Assembly (NCBI GenBank): GCA_030141605.1
Contig: JAQGDQ010000041.1
Location: 310,001-374,000 of the forward strand
Direction of reading: 5' to 3'
From: Tubiluchus corallicola
Taxonomy: Eukaryota; Animalia; Priapulida
DNA: 64,000 nt
Made by a program: the position numbers and the translations under genes. Each line of letters starts with the position of its first letter. The first letter of the stretch is position 1. The notes under the pieces were generated by a model. It saw nothing but the letters and a program-made list of their open reading frames with translations, was not told the origin of the DNA and searched no databases. Of the stretch, positions 12,057 through 24,424 are shown piece after piece.

Positions 12057-13559
12057 GGCGTATTAAGTATTAAGTAAAGATACCTAATTCTTTTTACCAG
12101 GGCTAATAATTGCGCAATGCTGAACATTACCTCGGGCTATTTCAGCTACCTACGTTCACCTACGTCTGTGCTTAGCCTTATAGTAATTTTAACACAGACA
12201 CACAAAGACCGACAGCTGTCGCACCTCAGCAGGCTGGTAGATTGGTATAGCAAGCAGGTGCTGTCACTGTTGTAAATTATCATACAAAGCAATTTGCTTA
12301 GAAGCTTGAAAATATAAGTAGAAATTGACAGCGAGTTGTACCTGTACGCCACTGACTGTAGTCACTGTACCTGACATACATAGGGACTATACTTTCCAGC
12401 TACCCGTATGCGATACTCTCGCAAGATTTCTACATATCAGGCAATATATATATATAAGCTACCCAATATATGCTACCTAATATTACGTAGTTTTGGTCAC
12501 ACCGCAGAATCTTAAGTTTATGATTTAGTCATAAACAACAGTCTAGTTCTTTTGAATTTACAGGTTTAACAAAACTTTTTTTGTTCTCGTCTGCATTCAT
12601 TCATTCAGTTATTCCATTTTATTTTAAGCCTATGGCAACAAAAATAAACCTTTAACAAAATTGTATACATACCCTGTTATATCGGCAATGTAAGTTAGAA
12701 ATACCAGAATCAAAAAGATAAAAAGAAACAAAACGGCCTTAAACTACTATCACTCTAGCGGTATTATGAGACAAATTTATAAATAATAGAAAAAATAGTA
12801 TGGAATTATAATTTATAAAGCATACTTTAAACTATCAAACAGTCAAAACACTTTGATTTCTGTTCCTAGCGTTACGGTATTTTTATTCAACAAACACACA
12901 ACGGCTTTGACAAAGTTTTACCTATTCAATTTTAAGCACGATAAAATTGAAAACCTTTTCGATAGTCAAGTAGAAACTCTGTGTGTGCTGTTGATCTTTG
13001 TTAAAGTTCATCAAAATTTAATGGGCTCACGAATAAGCAATAGGGAAAGTGTACTGAGATAACTATTTTGAATGATAATCTATCAGTTTTATTCTAACAT
13101 TATTCAATATAAGGTGAGAGGATCAAATCAGCATAATTGACGTTACAGCAAATTTTTACTATATATTACATGTTAATAATGTCACTTACCTGAAAAACCA
13201 CGTGAGCTGGGCACTCGTCGCAGTTGTTGTTTCTCTTACCGTTTAACATACAACAGACGAATATTATGTCAGATCTCTAATATCTGCCAAAACGTTCTGA
13301 ATAATACTCTGCCTTGTTCATCGTCCACAACATCTTGGAAATACGACATGTACTTGTTAGAATTTCCATCGATTACAGCTGATCGCAGCGTACGACCCAC
13401 CGCGACACGTGAATGTACAGCACACGATCAATATCTGTTTGAAAGGCGCTTTTCAAGTGCGTTTCGCCGTCTGTTGCCAAGAATTTAAACTAGAGAAAAT
13501 ATTACGTTAGCACTAAAAATGAAATTTGATGCGCCAGCTTTTTGACAAACCTAAAGGCA

Positions 13560-14856
13560 ACTTAAATTCAACGTAATTATAACTGCCATGAAGGACTAAA
13601 ATGGTGTATTATATGCAGAGACAATAAGGTTATTTTTGAACAATACTATTTTGACCTGTAGACTCAGTGTGAGCCTCAAAATGAAAAGAAAAAACATTAA
13701 AAATGTGAAAAGATAATGTGCTCAAGATAATTAAGTACTTTGCAGGCACAGAAAGAAATTTAACCAATTATAGAGGAAGAAATTTATGTGACGATCAAAA
13801 GTACGAAGAATAGGAAATCATGTGACAAACAAGAATGGAAGAATGAAATAATTAAAGCAAGGGCAAAAACTTATTAGATAGTATGGTAAAGATGTTTAAT
13901 CAAATTTAAAACAGTAAAAAATTCCTGATAAATGGAAAATTTAATCAGGTCGCAAAAGCAAATGTGATAAAAAATACACAGAAGAGGTATTAAAACAGGG
14001 CTGAATTATGGCTTTTTGTGGCCCCTAGGCTAGTGAAATTATGCAGTCCCCTCAGATGGAACCATCCCTCTAATTCGCCCACGTCTCGAATATTTTTAAT
14101 TGTGATATTTTAGCAACGTTTGCATAGCTGGGGGCAACATATTTCTAATAAAGCACTTCAAAGAGGGGCTAAATAAAGGGTCTCAAACAAGGACCTCTTG
14201 TGTCTCAAATAAAGGGCCTCAAACAGGGATTCTTTATCTCAAATGAGGAGCCACTTTAAAATTGGATTTTCAGACTTCCTAGGCTTCCTTTATATGTTAA
14301 AGTCAGCAATGCAAAGTATGCTCCCCTAAGCTTGAGGTGCCCTAGGTTGCAGCCTATACTAGCCTATAGGGTAATCCAGCCCTACCATATTTTCCCTACC
14401 AATTTAATGAGCAAATTGTTTGAAAAAGTTGTTAAAAATAGAATCATTGACAAATTGGAAATGGTTTTAGGAAAATACCAATATGATAAAATATCTAATT
14501 AAAGTACTGCTGTTCACTTAATGTGTCTCAGGTGCAATAGTGAATTAGACGCAACAGAACGTTTGTTTACTTGTAGCAAGTATGAAAGGGTTAGAACATA
14601 TGTAGGTGAAATCACAATAGACGACGTTAAAATCTGTTGTAGTGCCAGCTATGTCAATGATTGTTTGTATTACATGGAAAAAATTTTGAAGGAAGTTAAT
14701 GAACTAAACTTTGAAGAAGACACAAGGTACTACAGTGTTGAAGAGTTCCTGCAATCGATTTCATCGTTTTCCCATATAAGCGGAGCGAACGTGCGAGAAA
14801 CCGCAGAATACATATACGCTAAGTAGCTACTGATGATAAAATAATAATGATAATTT
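13560..14856 (+). mobile_element. Decayed, internally deleted LINE remnant interrupted by a MITE
   Basis: Translatable pieces PIIEEEIYVTIKSTKNRKS..EWKNEIIK and MVKMFNQI..PDKWK (13765-13940), TNLMSKLFEKVVKNRI (14398-14445) and CLRCNSELDATERLFTCSKYERVR (ORF 14521-14826) match RT N-terminal and C-terminal knuckle regions; (TAA)-like tail ~14835-14855. Confidence 0.7.
13996..14384. mobile_element. MITE / non-autonomous DNA transposon with CAGGG termini (hAT-like)
   Basis: Ends cagggctgaatta ... taatccagcccta are inverted; the insert splits the LINE RT between RGI and F..TNLMSKLF. A related end fragment occurs at ~28584-28647. Confidence 0.65.
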
Positions 14857-15427
14857 CATGCTTTATAATATCGTGTAATTACCTATAATGCATTATTTTA
14901 CCGAAATACACGTTTTTCTACTTTCATCAAAATGATTGTAATTGTTGCTTGTGTTCCATCGCGTGTAAAATGTTTTGCAAATTTTAATGACTACACTGAA
15001 AATAAGTCCAGCAGATGGAAGCACATTCTTGGCGGGAACACGAAGTCTGCGTCCTGAGCTCCACCGCCGTATATTACTTGCATATCAGGAATGACTTGCA
15101 GTTTTTTGTCATCTGTGATCTTTACAGTACGTAACTAGCTGCTGTCTGTCGCTGTGTATTTTTTGCAATTCGTAGATTCATCATTAGTTCAGCTTTTTTT
15201 CTGCTTTCTCATTGTACTTCTGAGCGTAAACCACTTTCAAAATTATTATTTATTACTGGCGTCTATTTGTCGCACAGGGTTTGATGAGATTTGACTGAGA
15301 CTCTCCAAGAACTTACGGCACCAAGAATGTCTTCCTTCATCAAGCAAAATTATGATGTTTAAGGAAGTGCTAAAATAGCAGTGTTGAATAGACCTGCTGC
15401 CTACAAAAATCTGTGTTAACCGGAGTA

Positions 15428-18400
15428 ATGGCGACAAGTCGTTTGGTTGAAACAGTTGTACTGGGCAAAGAACAAGGCGAAGGATTGGGAGCAACAGTTA
15501 GACGATGTATCGGCAGTACACAAGTATGCACACATGTGTATTTACTCTATTGTTATAATTATTAATGTGTTGTGCTGCGAGTAGTGATTTGTTGAAGCAC
15601 TTTGTCACTTGTTTCCCTTTTAAAATTGTTAAAAAACTTACGTAATACAATGGGCACACATCGATGCGTAGTTCTGCTCGTCTGTAATTATTGTAGGCCT
15701 AGTGACGTATAATTTGCTATGATGCTATCGTATAATTTACGTATTTGTTGTAGGTGTAGTAACGTTTTATGCCCTCACTGTTTTAGAAATCGTTCAAGTT
15801 TGCAGTCAGCTATTCAACCTGTGTGGTTTGCCTAACATTTAAGTAGTACAAAAGCTATCTGACGTGTTTACGCAATTTTCTTACAAAAACTGCTCAAGCC
15901 TAATCAAAGTTGCAATCAACAGCTCTCTGAAAACTTAAGTACAGTAAAGTTTTCTAGGGCCACATTAAAAAGTACTCTATAACTGAGGTACTCTATAAGC
16001 GCAATCATCTAATACTATGACTATTAGATAGGCAAGTACGTATTAGCAAAAAAAATCGTATAAATAATGTACTTTGACTTCAGGATCTCTGGTACTTTTA
16101 GGAGATGCTTTCAAGTATTAACTGCTTTGCAGTATGTTCAAATTCGGTAAAATGTATTTAATGTGACTTCATTAAACTAAAATTTGGTGAATGTTTCATA
16201 TGAAACGGTGGTGATCTAATCTGCACATTTCATCTGAGGTGCACATTCAATTGTTAATTTACTTGATATTTTCAATAAAGTTAGCTAATTTGTTTGCACA
16301 GAATTTCTTTTGTCTCTTGTATATGACGAAAGTTTGTTTTTTGTGCGTTCACATCACTGGTGTGTATGCAAACAACCATGTTCACTATAATAGTGTCATA
16401 CTGTATACACCATTGTTTTCCCAATTGCTAGTCTACTAAACAGTTGAAATATATATAAGTGTTGTGTGTAATATAAACAACAGCTTAAATGTTGTAACAA
16501 AAATAGTTAGTTTGTTCACACTAACGATGTTTTGGCTTTAACCATCAGATACTAGGGCTCACCCTCAAAACAATAAACAAGCGCGAAATACAGCAGCAAA
16601 ATGGTTTTATGTGCAATGTTTATGTTGGACTTTATCTTTGAACCAGTATTTAGAAGAATTTTTCCATAAATCTGCTTCCAGGTAATGTAAATTCTAGAAA
16701 TTTCAAAGTATGTTACATTTGTTTTCTAGCTGAGAAGTTTGGATCCATTTTTAATGTTAGATGAATTTAAGGTGAAACATCCGGCTGGGTTTCCTGATCA
16801 TCCTCACCGTGGATTTGAAACAGTGAGTATTACATAGTAAATTATTATAATTTGAAATCTAGCAGACAGGGATAATTTAGAAAGTTGTACTTTGTTTGTA
16901 CTTTATAATAATTCATTTTTAATATGTGTTTTTAATGTATCTCAAATATCTAATAAGCTATTTACATTCACATTTTCATTTACCAATGCCCAAGCATTTG
17001 CTTGTTGAACAAAACTACCATCTAGGCTACCTTGCAAAAAACAAACGGGAAATCAAAAGGTGTAATGTGCAGCAACTTGCTGTATTTTTTCTTCTTTACA
17101 CTGTAGGTTTAGAGTGTAAGTGTTAAGTAAATACTCGGTTGGTGCCAGAGAACCATAATTGTATAATCCTAAATAACGTGTTCAATTAGCCGGCATGCTG
17201 TGATTTGGGTTTTTACAAGTTTCCTATTCTGATAACTATTGACATGTTTCTTACACAGGTGACATACATCATTTCTGGTGCTGTGGAGCATGAAGATTTT
17301 GCTGGACATAGTGGTATAATAAGACCTGGAGATTTGCAGGTGTGCATAAACTCGTAAATGGTTTTTTTTAATAGAATCGATAATAGAGTGGGGCAGTAAA
17401 GAAAGTATTTAATGGACAGACAGTGTGAGAGATAGGAACAGAAGTATTGTAGCATAGTGATGGCAGGAGAACTTTTTGTAATCTAAAGTTGGTCAAGTGA
17501 GAGAGAGGGGGGAGATTATATTATACGGCAAGCAATTTTGGCATATACATGGAGTAGGACAGAAAGAACTGCAGAGAGAGCAAGAAAAAAGAGGGTAGGG
17601 AGTGGGATTTTATAGTAATGCATGACAGCTTAATTAATCTGTGTTTAGTAGGAGAAAAACATTCAATTGTATGTACTTTGTGTAATTGATTGTGTTTTTG
17701 ACAGTGGATGACTGCAGGGAAAGGAATTGTTCACAGTGAAATGCCGCATGGTGCAGAAGAAGCTTATGGACTTCAACTTTGGATTAATTTGAAGAAATCC
17801 GAAAAGCTTGTGCAACCCTCATATCAAGAGTTGTTGGACGGAGACATTCCTAAAACAACAAAAGACGGTGTTACAGTGAAAGTGATTGCAGGCGAATCAT
17901 TGAAATTAAAGGTATAAGCTACTGTAACAGCTTGGGAGAAGAGTTTTTTTTAATGTTTGTATATGGTTGAATTGATTTGGTAGACTCAGCATACAGTTGC
18001 CTTCAGTGGTACCAAATAATATGTGCTGAAAAAAAAACAATTGCATGTATTGAAATGGCATAATAATTTTGCTGTACTTGTTGCATTGCAGTCACTGGAT
18101 GGATATATATGCATGTCGCTTTGTTCATAACATTTTTTCTCCAAATTTCACAGAAAGAGATTAAGAGTAAAGTTGCGTTTATTTAGCATGCGGATGTGGA
18201 TGCGTTTTCCACCTGTGGAATAACCTGCAGAAAATAATCAATAGGAAATAGCTGCAGAAAAAGAACAACGATATGCAGACTGCACGAACGGGTGCATTTA
18301 AAGCAATATTAACCGATTTGATCTGTTCCGCACCCCCCAAAACGCATCCGCATGCTACATGGATGCCACTTAAGAGACGGAGAAGGGGAATTGGAGAGAA

Positions 18401-21400
18401 TGTGTAGCAGGATTTATGACTTAAGCAGCATTTTTGTTGCTTTCAATGTCAGAGCAAAACTTCAAATGAATGTTCAAATCCGTTTTCAAATCCATTTAAA
18501 ATTTCATGTTTCGTTTAGCATCCCTACACACTTACTTCTGAGTCTACCCTGACTTTTTTCTAGCAAAAATTCTTCGCATGCTGAACACGATAAGACGTAA
18601 ATTACTTAACAGAGGAACGTCCATAACAGATCGTTCAGACCCCTCTGAAATTAGTCTGTACAGTTATTTTCAGTAATTATGGATATACTAAGTCTCCTTC
18701 AGCAACACTTGGTTCATTCTATTATTTTTATTATTGTGTGTTTTGTTCTGTTTGTTCTGAATCTCCCCTTTTTTATGTATTTTATGTATACATAAATGTG
18801 TTGTACAGCATTGTAGATGTTTAATATGAGATTTTAACACTAATAAAACCTAATAAACTTAAACTTGAACATCTATGTTTAGCACTACTGCCTAGTTATA
18901 CTAACAAACTGACATATCTGCTGCTACGGTGTTATACTATGCACCATAGGCAGTCTTAGGGGAAATTACACTATAGGTTTGTTCACTTATTTTTAGTAAA
19001 GGTGTAGAGTTAAAAGTATCAAGCAAGTAGCTAACAAGTATATAACGTTTTGCTTTGCAAAACTATATTTTTTATTTGATAGTCTGCAATTTTTCAGAAC
19101 AAATTTACTGGAACCTAGTGGAAGAGAAACCACTAGTTCAGGCATCCAAACTGAAGAAATTATCGCAAAAGTTCCAATTACTTATAATAGTAAACTTTTC
19201 TTTTGATAATTCAATTGCTAGCATGTCTGCTCAAGTGCAGAAGATATGGGTTCAAAACTAAGTGGGTGAAGAAATTTTTGCTCAATATAATTGATCTTTC
19301 TTAAATGTGGTTTCAAAGCAATTGTATAATTTGCCTGGTAACTAGTGGTAACTAAATGAAACAACTTCGTGACTGTTGTTGTTGCATTACACAGTTACAG
19401 TCATACTGTATTGTAAGCTATTTTCTTGCAGTCTCAAGTGAGGACCAGAACACCAGTTTATTATCTGGATTTTAAACTGGAGCCGAATGCTAAACATCAA
19501 CAAGAGTTTCCAAACAATTGGACGGTATTTGCTTATTCTTTAGCGGGCATAGTTCGTTTTGGTAAGTTTAGCATTTTGAGACTTTAAACTGCTTTAATTA
19601 AAAAGTGGGCTAGGCCCTAGCTTAATGTAAAGTTATAAGAAGAGCTAGTTGGTTTTTCTAGGGCAATTCTTCCAAAATTTTACAATTTAGCTGCAGCTTT
19701 ATGGAGGTAGTGATGGCAGCAGAGACAGAGTCTAATCCCCCAAAATGGCCATTTTTCTTCTGTTTTTTTACAAAACATCAAATACCGAGAATTGAAGGAT
19801 GGGAATGTGTGAGGTTCAGTGTTATATGTCATTGAAAAGAATGTAGGGGTGTAGTTTAATTGTGTTGCAGGTCCACAGCATCTGACAATCTGTATTTCCT
19901 AAACACAACCACGTGATTTTTTCAAAATCTTTGCCATAATATCTTGCAGAAAGACGCTCTAGCAGCTGCTGCTGTTGCTATTGTTGTTGCTGTCAATACG
20001 AGAAAGACAAAAACAATTAGCTTTTTAATGTCTGATGTTGATGCTGTGCACTGTGATTTGCACCTTAGACAAAAAGCAAAACAAGATACTTTTTATATGA
20101 CACCATCCTTAGCAGATTCATGCATGTAAGCAGCTGTTAATTTTATCAGTATGTTTGCATGTATAAGTGGAGTGTGTTATCAGAAAGAAATTTATTGCCA
20201 GATAATGTTCTGGACACATCTGGGTAGTGTAGGTTTCTTTTGGACATTTTTGTATAACTTTCACTGTAAATTCATCCGTTTGCAAAGAAATTTCCGGATA
20301 TTGCTCCCGCAAATATAACAACTTTAGCCTTCAAATTTAGTCTGTTGTTGGACGATACCATATTAATATTTCTAACAATTATCTTGCTTTCTTTGCAAAT
20401 TTGTCCTTTTTGTTTAGGTCCATTATCAGAACAAAAAGAAGTTGAACCTCATCATGTAGTGGTGTTTGCAAAAGGAGAGATGGTAGAAGTACAAAATGTT
20501 GGACAGTCTTTAGCACACTTTGTGCTAATTGGTGGACAACCAATAGGAGAACCTGTTGTGCAATATGGTAAATTTTTATTGGATTATTTGAATGTAATCT
20601 CTAATGGGTGGCAGGGCCAGAAAATCTTCGCGGACTGACGGAAATAGTCGCAGGGCATGTAGGCAAAGTTGTACATAAAATATTTTTTTCAAAATCTTAA
20701 TAGAAAATTTTTTTTAGAAATTCCCTCTCTTTATTAGCAAAAACGACAAAACTGTTCTGCATTCTAATATTCGTCAAAGTTACAACATAATTATTACATG
20801 AGGTAATATTCTTTTCTGTGTGCATGCGTACTCTGCAATTTGACTCCAAGTACTGCATCATATTCAAAAACTTTGCAGCAGCATGTTGTGCAGGTGTAAT
20901 TGTATGTTTATGTGCAGTAACTATTATTGTGGTCATTTTGTTCTATAAATAGGCCTGCCACTATGAAGATAAGATATATTGATTTTTGCAGCAACACAGC
21001 TAGCCTTCCAAGTCCTACCAATCTTCAGTTTAAACTTAAAAGCGTTATCTTTCTAACTCATTTATTTATGCTGGCTTCAAATTATACTATTGCAGTTACC
21101 GTAGCACCTGGCATGCCACCTAGTCACCAGCCTGTACAGGTCATGTGCTAATATCTTAAAAACTGCACAGTCTAATTTATGACACTCAAAATGCTTCCTT
21201 TAGTAATTAAACAATATCTGACATAAAAAGTAGGTGGTGTGAGATATTTTGCAAACTGTGTTTTCGAGTTGTGTTCGAGCAGAGTGATAGAAACAGTGTA
21301 CCAAACAAAATCAAGGACTCCTTTCTTAGTATAGTTCTAACAAATTTTGAAGAATAGTATATCTAACATAAGGTAAAATTGTCTTGCTAAGCATCACAGT

Positions 21401-22374
21401 TTAACTCACTTAACAGTATGTGTGCTTGGTATGCATATAGAGAATTAATTAATACTATGAGTGTGTTACAATAACAGAAATAGTGTTTGAAATAGCAACT
21501 GTATCAGTGAAGAAAATACATGTAAGTGGTGAAATTGTAGAAGTGCAACTTTTCAAAGTTTTGTGAGGCTCCGTGAACCTATGCTGCTGTAAGCCCCCCT
21601 CCCCCAGACTATCTCAATCCTAGATGCTTAGATAATTGCCTTCTGGCCATTATCGGGATGCCTAATTTTAGTCCTTGCGACATTTGTAATATTTCCTGCC
21701 ACTGATGGAGGAGCATCTATTTAAAATTGATCTTGTAAACAGATGGCTTTTCAGATAGCATGTGAACACAGACTAGTTTTTCAAATAGCACCGTTTTTTT
21801 AGGTATACACCTTACCATGCTATTTGTTTACATTTATTGGATAAAATTAAGAAAATTGGTTTTGCGTGGTGGAATGTCTGCTAAAATCTACTCAGTGAGA
21901 GCTTTCATGTACAATTACAGGCACAGTATTCATGTAATGTGTGACTACGAGCAGTTGGGCCCAAAATGGCATGTTTTATTATTGTCGTTCTTGTGTAAAA
22001 TCTGTGGTATTGATAAACCAAAAAAACGAGGAAATTAAAATAGTAGCTCAGAAGTGTTTAGAATGGAGGATGGCATTGGATGCTCCTCCCTTTATCCCAT
22101 GCGTGTGATAACTTTGGCTTTTTGAAGTTCAGCCCATCATTTCCGTTGAGGATACAAACTATGCTTGTCATTTCATTAATTTCCTACGAATATTAGGCGT
22201 ATGAAAACTTGATTATTTTACTTATCTATAACATTTTTTGTAGGTCCTTTTGTAATGACATCTCAGGAAGAAATACAACAAGCTTTCAAGGACTACAGGG
22301 AAGGAAAAAATGGTTTTGAAAATGCGCCTCATTGGAAGTCGAAATCTGGGACTGCAATTCTGGAAAATAGATAG
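15428..22374 (+). CDS. PIR: Pirin (iron-binding bicupin), 7 exons, ~295 aa
   Basis: Exons 15428-15523, 16730-16822, 17259-17339, 17705-17911, 19432-19561, 20418-20567, 22244-22374; all GT-AG and frame-consistent. Motifs [81 protein letters not shown]. Confidence 0.96.
18184..18357. mobile_element. Small MITE in pirin intron 4
   Basis: Terminal inverted repeat tagcatgcggatg ... catccgcatgcta (13 bp exact, extending to gcgtttt/aaaacgc), bounded by TA. Confidence 0.6.
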
Positions 22375-23343
22375 CTGATTTACATTAGATTATATTTATA
22401 GCTACTTTAGGAGATTGTTGCAATTTCTCAGGGATTGAAACATTTAAAATTTTAATGTATATTATAGAGTTTAACACTGTTAGGGTACTTTATAAAGTTT
22501 CTTAATAACTATAATAAGTAAATAATTTTAATTGTTGTAATGTTTAGATGCAAGCTGAAGGAATACAGGTGTACTTGTCAAAACCTGTTTGTTATTAAAT
22601 TTCCAAACCCTGTGAATTAAGTGATGCAAAAAAGGATAATCATGTTAATAAATAGTAGGTATTTTACATCACTAAAATAATGTTTTAATTTTTACCCCAA
22701 GTTAAAATTGTCAATAAGACAGATGTTGATGTATCTTAATTTTATTGCTGCTATACAGTTTTGATGAGTACTCTCTTGCAAATACATTTTGTGATCGTCA
22801 ATTGTTCCCAATGCACAATAAAAATAAAAGGAATGGCCATCATAGAAGAATGAATTTTGTCTTTTGGAATTTTAGGCTTGATTACCTCAGTGTTGAGATG
22901 ATTATCATTGATTAAACTATTGATACCACAACAATCACTATTAATTTAATTTATAGTGATGCACTGGCACTTATGTATGTGTGCAAAGTCGAAAAGACTA
23001 TCGTAATGAATTTCTGATGCTTGAGTTGCACCTGCATTCATACCTGAAACACTACAGTTATACTTTTTCATCTTGAACTTATCTGGTTGCTTACTCATTG
23101 AGTCATTGTAAAAGATTTGATGTACACTTTATTTCGTTTAGTGCTTGCAGGGTTTTTCTAAAAGATGTTTGCTAGGGATTGTCTGTTTCACAGAATTGTA
23201 AATTTATATTCAATGGCGTTTTTTAAATATAGTTCGATAAAAAAAATTTTATTGCTTATTAGTGCAACATTCGTTATTAATGCCAAAATATCTGCTTCTC
23301 TGGTTTAACTATCAATGAATAGATGGCGCACGCAGATCCTCCT

Positions 23344-23357
23344 GCTGCTATAGCAAC
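23344..23357. promoter_or_regulatory. RFX X-box upstream of DNAAF6
   Basis: GCTGCTATAGCAAC is one mismatch from the palindrome GTTGCTATAGCAAC; ~1.07 kb upstream of the DNAAF6 ATG in a locally GC/CpG-richer patch. RFX factors are established regulators of ciliary genes. Confidence 0.6.
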
Positions 23358-24424
23358 CGCAGCACACGCCGTTTCATGTTTGAATAATTTTTATTATCCG
23401 AGTAAATTTATTAATCGTAGTTATACCAAAGCAGTAACTAAAATTTGAAGAGTTTCATGTAAACGGAAGGATACTCAGCGATATTATTACGATGAGATTT
23501 GCTGTATTTAATATATTGCAGCAACGCACAGTGACGACCATGTGTTTGCAGTTTTCTATATTTTTACGGCAAATTATGTTGTCTACGCCAAAAATCAACT
23601 ACAAGTTTTTCATCAAGTTTCCACTTCACCACAAAAGCAAATGTGAATTTTCAGCCATGTAAACTGTAAACATGCAGTTTAGTTTCTAGGTTTAATAATT
23701 AATGAAATAATCAGATAACGTCAAATTTCACCACCACTCTTTACTACCGCACTAAATTTTAGGCCAACTCCAGAAGATAATTGAAAAAAAGAACAAGAAC
23801 TGAGTTTGTAGTAAAAATTTGGCGGTAAAAAGAATTGTGAATTTAGCCAAGAAAACAAATGATTCTATTTAATTTTTTTATATTTAAGACGGCCTGAAAA
23901 AAATGTCTTTTCAGTTCTTCAAGTTTCACTATAATGATGTCATTCTTTTTTCAGTTACAGCTTTTACATAAACGAATTTTAGATAATTTTGCCTAATTTT
24001 TTGTGAGCATTCTAAATTTTGTCAGCAATTATTTCAGTGATGGCTATGATAATCTGGAAAAATTTACTGTATGAATATTCTTTCATCATAAATCTGACCT
24101 CTAGTCTTTCATCACAAATCTGACCTGCCAATGATCTATTTAAAGTATGATACAGGAATGATAGGTCTAATTACCATCCTGTTGCATACTTCGGGCAAAC
24201 TACATAGTCAAACACTGGATGAAAAACACTCAGCAAAAACATAAATGTCATATTTGATTTTTATCGTTGTTGTTTTACTTGGCGTAAGGAAAACTGTTTA
24301 CAGTGTGCATTGTTTGACTTTCATAATTGTGTTTGCTGAAAAGTGAATGATTAATGAAAATTTTTACTGTCCAAAATAGTTTGAAACCGGTATAGCGTAT
24401 TATAGAAGTAAGAAGTGAGTGATC

